In this document: piece after piece, positions 57,251-64,000 of the stretch
Numbering within the stretch: the stretch's first letter is position 1
Layout of the letters: every line of letters starts with the position of its first letter
Source of the DNA: a virus
Lineage: Duplodnaviria; Caudoviricetes
Strand: one strand, 5' to 3'
Virus record (IMG/VR): IMGVR_UViG_3300028374_000002
Span: 96,001-160,000 of that record
DNA: 64,000 bases
Notes under the pieces: generated by a model
The model's input: only the letters and a program-made list of their open reading frames with translations
What the model was told of the DNA's origin: nothing
Database searches by the model: none
Translations under genes and position numbers: made by a program

Positions 57251-59035
57251 TTAACTTTTATATAGCCATTTTTCTTGACCAGTCGAAAATATTCTATAAT
57301 AACCCCTTTCGTTCATTATTTCTAACTCAGTCTTATCTTTATCAAATCCTTGTTTTACTAGCTTTCTTTTAGAGTAATTATATCTGTGTATTCTTTTCCC
57401 ATTTATAACCCAAAAATAATTAGGTTTAGATAATGTATCAAAAACAAAACCTAACTTTTTATAGACACCACCACCAAATAATGATATGTCGGCATATGAT
57501 ATTAAATATTCAAACTTAGTATTGTCTACGAAATACTTAAATAGTTTAGAAGCACCACCAATAACACTAGTATTTAATTCATTACAAAACCTAATTAATT
57601 CATATTCTTTTTTATTGTTTGTTCTCCTCCATCCGAATGTCATTAAACTAACTAACTCATCATTAAAATATAATCCTAAGTTTATTGAAGAAGATGCATA
57701 TCCTTGTATATGATTATTGTTTAGAAATAATTTATAATCTTTGGTATTGACCTCTCTTATATCACATTTTCTAGCATATATTCTATTATTTACTTTACCC
57801 AATCTATTCCTTATGATTGATTTTATTATTTCTTTCTTGCTATCCCAGTCGTCCTCCCATATATGTAGCAGAGATATCCCCTCTTCATTGCACTTATTTG
57901 TTTTACTGATATGATAATCACTACTTTTGAATAGTTCAGAGTGCCAGTATATGCCGTTACACTCAATAGCTATATTATATTCTGGTATGTATATATCAAT
58001 CTCCTTACCTTTTAGTATTTTTTTATCATTTTTTATATAGCCAATTCCTAGACTCTCTATAAAAGAACCAACTTGTGTTTCGAAGTTAGAATATAATACA
58101 CCAACTGGGTTGCATTGTGTACATATCATCTTACATGAGTTAAACCTTGCTCTTAATAAACCTTTGTTTATATCAAAGGTATTATTACATTCTTTATGTA
58201 TTAATGAGAATGTCTCATTTTTATATGAATTAAGTATATACTTATCTGATATTAGTTCTGCATATCTTTTAAATGTTTTTCTCTGTTTAGTATTCTTTGC
58301 CTTTAACTTAAAATTTTCATTCTTAGAAGGATGCTCACCCCAGTTTGAAAAATTTGTAGATTTTACCTTCTCTTTATATTCTATAGTTTTTGAATAATTA
58401 CTAACACCCCATTTCTCTATAGAAGTTTCTTTTATTTTGTCTTTATAGTAGTCTGATTTGGATATCCAATCTACACCATATTTATCATTAAATGATTTTC
58501 TTGATTTGGATATAGTCGATTTACTTTGCATAGACCAGTCTACACCTAAGTTCTTTTGATTAGTTTCTTTTATTTTGTTAATAACGCCAATAGACTTAGA
58601 AGGATTAGTAACACCATACCTATCTAAAGATGTTTGTACGAACTTATCCTTCCATTCTTTCGTCTTAGAATAGTGGGAAACATTATATTTGTCTAGAAGG
58701 CTTTTCTTAAGAGTTTGTTTAACTTCTTCTGATTGCATTGGATTTTTAACACCATACTTTTTAAGAGAAGTCTTTTCAGATTTTATCTTTTTACAAGAGT
58801 TGCAATAATATATCCCACTTAGACCATTCGTGTAATTCCAGTAGTCTTTAAAGCCATTAGAGACTTCTTTGTTACAGTTTTGGCATATACATGTAATCTT
58901 AGATGAAGTTCCCTTAGACAAGTGTTCTACGCTTATATCTATATATTTACCAACACTAATATCATATCCAAATGATTTGTAATATTTTATATTCCTAGAG
59001 TGACCCTTTATCTTTATCTTTTTTTCTTTTATCAT
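57251..59035 (-). CDS. Hef-like endonuclease with 23-aa repeats + Vsr-like nuclease + Mom-like GNAT
   Basis: 7 repeats; EIDIYIPE..IAIECNGIYWHS; NHIQG..YELIRF..SYAD. Confidence 0.8.
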   Translation of the reverse strand: MIKEKKIKIKGHSRNIKYYKSFGYDISVGKYIDISVEHLSKGTSSKITCICQNCNKEVSNGFKDYWNYTNGLSGIYYCNSCKKIKSEKTSLKKYGVKNPMQSEEVKQTLKKSLLDKYNVSHYSKTKEWKDKFVQTSLDRYGVTNPSKSIGVINKIKETNQKNLGVDWSMQSKSTISKSRKSFNDKYGVDWISKSDYYKDKIKETSIEKWGVSNYSKTIEYKEKVKSTNFSNWGEHPSKNENFKLKAKNTKQRKTFKRYAELISDKYILNSYKNETFSLIHKECNNTFDINKGLLRARFNSCKMICTQCNPVGVLYSNFETQVGSFIESLGIGYIKNDKKILKGKEIDIYIPEYNIAIECNGIYWHSELFKSSDYHISKTNKCNEEGISLLHIWEDDWDSKKEIIKSIIRNRLGKVNNRIYARKCDIREVNTKDYKLFLNNNHIQGYASSSINLGLYFNDELVSLMTFGWRRTNNKKEYELIRFCNELNTSVIGGASKLFKYFVDNTKFEYLISYADISLFGGGVYKKLGFVFDTLSKPNYFWVINGKRIHRYNYSKRKLVKQGFDKDKTELEIMNERGYYRIFSTGQEKWLYKS

Positions 59036-59092
59036 TATATGTTATATCTATATATCTAAAAGAGTTGTTGCTAAAGGGTGTGAAAATATAAA

Positions 59093-59458
59093 TTATAGAG
59101 AATGAATACCATTACCATCGTTAGAACCCTCTATTGATAGTACCTTTATTAGATTATCACCATCGCCTTTCTTTTTATAGAGTTCATTAAATCCCTTAGC
59201 TAACCCTCGTTTAAATATTTCTGTGAAGTATGCAAAGGCATTTACTGACTTAGCTTCGTTAAAGTTATACCAATTTTGGTACATGTCTAAAACGCCTGAT
59301 TGGTAGCAATCCATTTTATCATCATTTGACCAGTACCTCATTTTCTTAATGGTTTTATTTCCTAGTAATTCTAGCATCTTCTCAGCCTTTCTAGTAAGCT
59401 TACCTCTTGCTTTTGATACTATTATTTCTACATATAGTTCTTTGTTGTTTAAATACAT
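59093..59458 (-). CDS. gp55: Late-transcription sigma factor (T4 gp55-like)
   Basis: YLNNKEL...YNFNEAKSVNAFAYFTEI. Confidence 0.8.
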   Translation of the reverse strand: MYLNNKELYVEIIVSKARGKLTRKAEKMLELLGNKTIKKMRYWSNDDKMDCYQSGVLDMYQNWYNFNEAKSVNAFAYFTEIFKRGLAKGFNELYKKKGDGDNLIKVLSIEGSNDGNGIHSL

Positions 59459-60370
59459 TTATGTTCTATTATTTTTATATATATTATATATATTTTTATC
59501 AATAAGTTTTAACTTTTCATTAACAGATTCGTCATATTTGATTATTAATAGATTTATTCTATTATTTGCACAAAATTCTTGTTTTATCTTATCTTTTTTT
59601 CTATTATATTCCAAATTTTTAACACCACCAAAGTATTTTACTGGCTTATAGTGTTGTTCACCATTATATTCAATACAAATATTGTATTTTGGTATATAGA
59701 AATCAAATCTTAAAGGAAGCTTATTTACACAACCATTAAAGGATTTTTGAAATTCATATAATATTTTATTTTTGTCTAGAAAAATACTTATCATACTCTC
59801 CCCCTTTGACTTATTACAGTCTGGGCATCCATTCATGCTATATAAGTGATTATCAGGTCTTTGGCTAAAAATGCCATGCTTAACACATATTATATCAACA
59901 TGTGTTTTGTTATTTGTATAATTAACATTAGAATAATCCCATTTATGTTCTCCCCATATACTTTTAGAACTATCTATAAAGTCAGCTTGTAGTTTTGCCC
60001 TTTTACATACATCACAATCTTTTTCTTGGTTTAGATGTTGTTTAGGATAAATTTGAAAATAAGTACCATGACTTCGGCAACCTATTGTTAATTTACTCCT
60101 AGAACACTTGTACAAAGTTTTTGAATAATCCCATTTATGTTCTCCCCATACTCTCTTAGACTCTTGTATGAATTTATCTGTTGTCTTTACTTTTGTAGAG
60201 CATAATGGACACAGGTTGCCTTTTCTTATTTGTTTTAAGTTTCTAGAAAATTTAGTTTTGTGTTTATTGCAGACTATAATGGATTTAGTTGTATTGTTAG
60301 TATATTCGAAATATGAAAAATTATAATTAATTAGTTCTGTAACTTCTTCATAAAAGTTTGCTTTTTTCAT
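59459..60370 (-). CDS. Zinc-repeat + Vsr/DUF559-like endonuclease
   Basis: WDYS...I.C..HG.F...HL...C..C modules; LRFDFY..CIEYNGEQHY. Confidence 0.8.
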   Translation of the reverse strand: MKKANFYEEVTELINYNFSYFEYTNNTTKSIIVCNKHKTKFSRNLKQIRKGNLCPLCSTKVKTTDKFIQESKRVWGEHKWDYSKTLYKCSRSKLTIGCRSHGTYFQIYPKQHLNQEKDCDVCKRAKLQADFIDSSKSIWGEHKWDYSNVNYTNNKTHVDIICVKHGIFSQRPDNHLYSMNGCPDCNKSKGESMISIFLDKNKILYEFQKSFNGCVNKLPLRFDFYIPKYNICIEYNGEQHYKPVKYFGGVKNLEYNRKKDKIKQEFCANNRINLLIIKYDESVNEKLKLIDKNIYNIYKNNRT

Positions 60371-60431
60371 ATAGGCTATATATTAAGTTAAATATGTAAC
60401 AAATAATTGGTGATAAGTAGTTTATTTTTAT

Positions 60432-60439
60432 TATATTTG
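60432..60439 (+). promoter_or_regulatory. Bacteroidota-type -7 promoter element TAnnTTTG
   Basis: TATATTTG 15 nt before the ATG. Confidence 0.45.
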
Positions 60440-60454
60440 TATAAAACTTAAAAT

Positions 60455-61366
60455 ATGAAAAAAGCATTTATATTTATAGGGTTGCCATTGTCAGGTAAAT
60501 CTATGTATATTGAATCTAGAAAGAAAAAAGACTGGATTGGTATTAAGGTTGTATCTGCTGATAATATAAAGCTAACACACCCTGACTATAATCACAACGT
60601 CCCAGAACATGTGCATTTGTGGAGTACAAAAATGGCAGAGGAAGAGATAATTACTCTAGCTAAACAAGGGTTGTCTAAGATTGTTATGGATGGTGGTGGT
60701 ATTAACAATAGCTATACCATCAGAATAATTAATATGCTTAAGGACAATGGGTATAAAACAGAATTAATTCATATCAAAACCCCTTTACAAGTATGTCTTA
60801 GCAGAAATGAAAAACGTGAGAGGAAAGTACCACACATTGATATAATAAGAAAAGCAGCCAAAGAGAATATACAATTTAATAGAATATCAGAAATTTGTGA
60901 TATTTCAACTGTTGTTAATCACTTTTCTAATAAAAACATATTTGTAGATATGGATGGTGTTATAGCTGGATTATCTTTACTACCTACATATGAGGACAAA
61001 GTAGATTTTGTTAATAATGAAATATTCAAAACGCTATTACCAGTAAACCCCGTAATTGATAAACTAGAAAAATTAAAAGAAGAAGGAAGAAATATCTATA
61101 TATTATCAGCAATTCCAAATTCACTTTCGTATATAGATAAAAATGAGTGGTTAGATAAGCATTTCAACATAGACAAGGATAAGAGATTTTTTGTAAATTC
61201 GGGTAGGCACAAAGCAGAGATGTTAGATAATCTTAGATTAAAGTTAAAGCTAGAGAAAAGGGATGTATGTCTTATAGAAGACACACACTCTACTCTAGAA
61301 AAAGTAAGAGATTATGATATGAATCCTATACACGTATCAGAATTTCTCACAGATGGTTTTGTATAA
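60455..61366 (+). CDS. Polynucleotide kinase-like P-loop domain fused to a HAD phosphatase
   Basis: GLPLSGKS, DGG.I, R...ER; HAD motif VDMDGV, ILSA, LIED. Confidence 0.75.
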   Translation: MKKAFIFIGLPLSGKSMYIESRKKKDWIGIKVVSADNIKLTHPDYNHNVPEHVHLWSTKMAEEEIITLAKQGLSKIVMDGGGINNSYTIRIINMLKDNGYKTELIHIKTPLQVCLSRNEKRERKVPHIDIIRKAAKENIQFNRISEICDISTVVNHFSNKNIFVDMDGVIAGLSLLPTYEDKVDFVNNEIFKTLLPVNPVIDKLEKLKEEGRNIYILSAIPNSLSYIDKNEWLDKHFNIDKDKRFFVNSGRHKAEMLDNLRLKLKLEKRDVCLIEDTHSTLEKVRDYDMNPIHVSEFLTDGFV

Positions 61367-61400
61367 CAAAAAAGCTCTTGAATAACAAGAGCTTTTTAAT
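61365..61400. terminator. Bidirectional terminator, copy 1 of a direct repeat
   Basis: AAAAAGCTCTTG-AATAA-CAAGAGCTTTTT. Confidence 0.85.
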
Positions 61401-63132
61401 ATTTTTTCTCAAATTTTATTTTACCACAGTCCCATATCTTCTTATAGTTATTATCTTTCATAAATTTACTTTCTGTTAGATTTGTATTTAAATTAGATTT
61501 TTTATAATTTGACTTATGTATTCTCTTACAACCAACGATATATTTATAGTCTGGTTTTGTTTCTTTAATTTTCACAAATCCTAAGTTTTTATATAGACCA
61601 CCATCAGACCAGTCGCTATCAGCATAACTTATTAATCTTTTGGGACTGTGATTTTTAACGAAATAACTCAATAATTTACTAGCACCTCCAATTACAGAAG
61701 TATTCTTTTTATTACAGAATCTGTTAAGATTCCACTCATCACTCATCATTCTTTTTCTACCTTCTAAATGATCAAAGGTCATTATACTAACCAATTCTTC
61801 ATTGTGGTACAGTCCCAATTTTAGTGAGGATTTTGCTCTTCCCTGTATATGATTTTTGTCTAAGAAATTAGTTACAATCTTCGTATTTTTTATTTCTTTT
61901 ATAACACATTTTCTAGCACCTATTTTATTACTTATACTCAACCAGTTACATATTTGTGATTTTAGTATTTCTATATTATTTACCCAATCATCTTCCCATA
62001 TATGTATTATTCTGATTCCTTTATCAAGAAAATATTTACTCTTATCATAGTGATAGTTTTTTTCTTTATATTCTTCTGAATGCCAGTATAATCCATTAAA
62101 TTCAAAACCTATATTAAGTTCTGGTAAGTAAACATCTATTTCTAAACCATCTCTATAAGATTTTATTATAGAACCATTATATTTAGAAGTTATATATTCT
62201 AGTAGTTCTTTCTCTTTTATTGATTGTGAACTGCTTATGGGATAACATGTAGTACAAAGTGGTAGGTTAGACCTTGACCTTTTTAAATAATTATCTATAT
62301 GTATTTTATAATCATGTTCTTTGTAACACCTCATCAAAGAGATACCATTATCAATATACTTAATGTAATTATCATCACTAGATATTGAGAACTTTCCTGG
62401 TCTGAATATATCAGATTTCATAATATTATCAGAATCCCATTTATTAGACATAGTCTTTTTATTTTTTATCTTAAAATCATCAGATAGTAAATAGTTAGAT
62501 TGACCATACCTATCCTTATTAGTCTTATTAACACTTTGTCTAACACTTTCTAACATTGAAGGATTTTCAACACCATATTTTCTTATGTTTGTAGTCCTTG
62601 ATTTATCTCTTACTTTTTTTGACATCATTGGATACTCGACACCATGATTTTTAAGACAAGTTTCTTTAAATTTATTTTTAAAATGCTTTGATTTAGATAT
62701 ATGGTCTACTCCATACTTATCAATTAATGTTTGGGATGACTTTTTTCTTATTTTTTTTGATTGTTGTAAGTATTCAACACCATATTTTTCTATATTGGTC
62801 TTTTTAACGCTTTCTTGTATTTCTTTTAGCATCATAGGATGGTCTACACCGTATTTTTTTATACTAGTTTCTTTAGCCTTTAGAGATCCACACTTCATAC
62901 AACAGGCATACTTACTACCATTTGATATATTTCTAAAATACTCTTTTATCTGTATATTGACTTCCTTGTTACAAAAATCACAAGATACATCCACATCGAG
63001 TCTTGATCCCTTGGATATATGTTCTATTTTTATTTCTATTTCATCTTTATGAACTTCATACCCAAGTGATTTATAATATTTTATCTTTCTACACCCTTTG
63101 GTCTTTATTGTTATGGTCTTTTTTATTATCAT
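61396..63132 (-). CDS. Hef-like endonuclease with 23-aa repeats + Vsr-like nuclease + Mom-like GNAT
   Basis: 7 repeats; EIDVYLPE..GFEFNGLYWHS; NHIQG..NLNRF..SYAD. Confidence 0.8.
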   Translation of the reverse strand: MIIKKTITIKTKGCRKIKYYKSLGYEVHKDEIEIKIEHISKGSRLDVDVSCDFCNKEVNIQIKEYFRNISNGSKYACCMKCGSLKAKETSIKKYGVDHPMMLKEIQESVKKTNIEKYGVEYLQQSKKIRKKSSQTLIDKYGVDHISKSKHFKNKFKETCLKNHGVEYPMMSKKVRDKSRTTNIRKYGVENPSMLESVRQSVNKTNKDRYGQSNYLLSDDFKIKNKKTMSNKWDSDNIMKSDIFRPGKFSISSDDNYIKYIDNGISLMRCYKEHDYKIHIDNYLKRSRSNLPLCTTCYPISSSQSIKEKELLEYITSKYNGSIIKSYRDGLEIDVYLPELNIGFEFNGLYWHSEEYKEKNYHYDKSKYFLDKGIRIIHIWEDDWVNNIEILKSQICNWLSISNKIGARKCVIKEIKNTKIVTNFLDKNHIQGRAKSSLKLGLYHNEELVSIMTFDHLEGRKRMMSDEWNLNRFCNKKNTSVIGGASKLLSYFVKNHSPKRLISYADSDWSDGGLYKNLGFVKIKETKPDYKYIVGCKRIHKSNYKKSNLNTNLTESKFMKDNNYKKIWDCGKIKFEKKY

Positions 63133-63171
63133 AGCTTAATTCTTATATGCAATTTGTCTTTGGAAGTTTCA

Positions 63172-63208
63172 AACAAAAAAAGCTCTTGAATAACAAGAGC
63201 TTTTTAAT
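63172..63208. repeat. Copy 2 of the 36-37 bp terminator direct repeat
   Basis: Identical to 61365-61400 except for one extra A. Confidence 0.9.
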
Positions 63209-63227
63209 TTAAAAACTTTTAATGTAT

Positions 63228-63998
63228 TTATTTACTTAACTTCACTTTTTCATTATATTGAAGTTCTTTTACCCCACCTAATTCGGACTTAAGATTTTTA
63301 TGTCTTTTCTCTAGATTTACCAATGCAGTAGAAAGTGTAGTAGACTCCCCAATCATTTGTATAGAACCCTTTACTTTTTCAATGTTAAAATTGACATCCT
63401 CTAGTTTTAAAGTGATTTCTCTTTCCTTATCTTCTAGTTTTCTCTTAACCATTGTTTCTTTACCCAACTTATTCTCATAAAAATAAGTTAAATCGTAGTT
63501 AAGTTCGTTTCGGACTTCATTTACTAATTCGATTGCAGATTCAAATTGAAAGAAGCTATTTCCATATCTCTCATCACATCTATATAAGAAGGTTGCGTTC
63601 TTATAGTTAAAGGCATAACATTCTAAATAAGGATTTATTAAGTTATCAATTTTTTTAACAACGTCTAGTTCTACAAATTTATCCATATTTTTAGCAACTT
63701 CTTGAATAACTGGATAGAAGTTCTTGTTTATAATTGGTATAATAGGTGAATTAAATAATGATTCTAATGTACTTTCATCTTCAAGTTCATCATCATTAAT
63801 ATAAATAGATTTATTATCTACACCAAGACCTATAGTTAAATGTTCAGAAATTCTAAAATTTATTTTATCATTATCTATTTGAGCATATGTCATAGCAGAT
63901 TCAATCAATCTTAATTTTCTAAGTTCTGATTCTTCTTTTATATGATCTTCTAATAGTGTTTTCTCAATTGCATCTTCTGTTAATAGAAACCATGAATC
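63228..63998 (-). CDS. Hypothetical coiled-coil protein (5'-truncated by window edge)
   Basis: Frame stays open to the window end (DSWFLLTEDAIEK...). Confidence 0.65.
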   Translation of the reverse strand, partial: DSWFLLTEDAIEKTLLEDHIKEESELRKLRLIESAMTYAQIDNDKINFRISEHLTIGLGVDNKSIYINDDELEDESTLESLFNSPIIPIINKNFYPVIQEVAKNMDKFVELDVVKKIDNLINPYLECYAFNYKNATFLYRCDERYGNSFFQFESAIELVNEVRNELNYDLTYFYENKLGKETMVKRKLEDKEREITLKLEDVNFNIEKVKGSIQMIGESTTLSTALVNLEKRHKNLKSELGGVKELQYNEKVKLSK

Positions 63999-64000
63999 TT

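Noticed and set aside
651-63052. Numerous short antisense or alternate-frame ORFs in the six-frame track (e.g. 2566..2964, 25412..26251, 32396..33073, 49103..49807)
   Set aside because: They lie wholly opposite or within well-supported genes and show the Ser/Phe/Leu-rich composition expected of shadow frames.
1-64000. tRNA/rRNA genes, integrase, terminase, nrdB, second polymerase half
   Set aside because: No supporting motifs seen in this window; the only tRNA-like structure belongs to the tmRNA.

Overview
A very AT-rich 64 kb segment of a large T4-like (jumbo) bacteriophage genome using the standard genetic code. Core genes recognisable from motifs: thymidylate synthase, the N-terminal half of a split family-B DNA polymerase, gp41/DnaB helicase, class Ia ribonucleotide reductase alpha subunit (nrdA), UvsX/RecA, a RuvC-like resolvase, major capsid protein, a fused prohead protease-scaffold, portal, gp2, gp4, a gp55-like late sigma factor, and tail-fibre and baseplate-like genes. 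Accessory genes include a tmRNA, RNase R, PNK-phosphatase, NADAR, a 2H phosphoesterase, an M28-like peptidase, a ferritin-like protein and a three-gene Type ISP-like nuclease/helicase/methylase cassette. TAnnTTTG promoters, missing Shine-Dalgarno motifs and the tmRNA tag context suggest a Bacteroidota host (inference). The main surprises are five. (1) nrdA is encoded as four separate polypeptides that must be joined by three different split inteins, each split by a free-standing endonuclease with its own promoter, plus a group I intron 9 nt from one intein junction; that intein has Gly at +1 and so lacks the canonical nucleophile. (2) The helicase carries an atypically split intein (37 aa N / 148 aa C). 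(3) Six endonuclease-like genes are fused to a Mu Mom-like GNAT domain, four of them with arrays of 23-aa repeats. (4) The tmRNA has a 29-codon tag and a GGCGGUA T-loop. (5) A TTAATATATA promoter often sits exactly 4 nt before the start codon, and a family of proteins carries a T4 capsid-targeting-like peptide. All assignments come from reading motifs by eye; no database searches were run.
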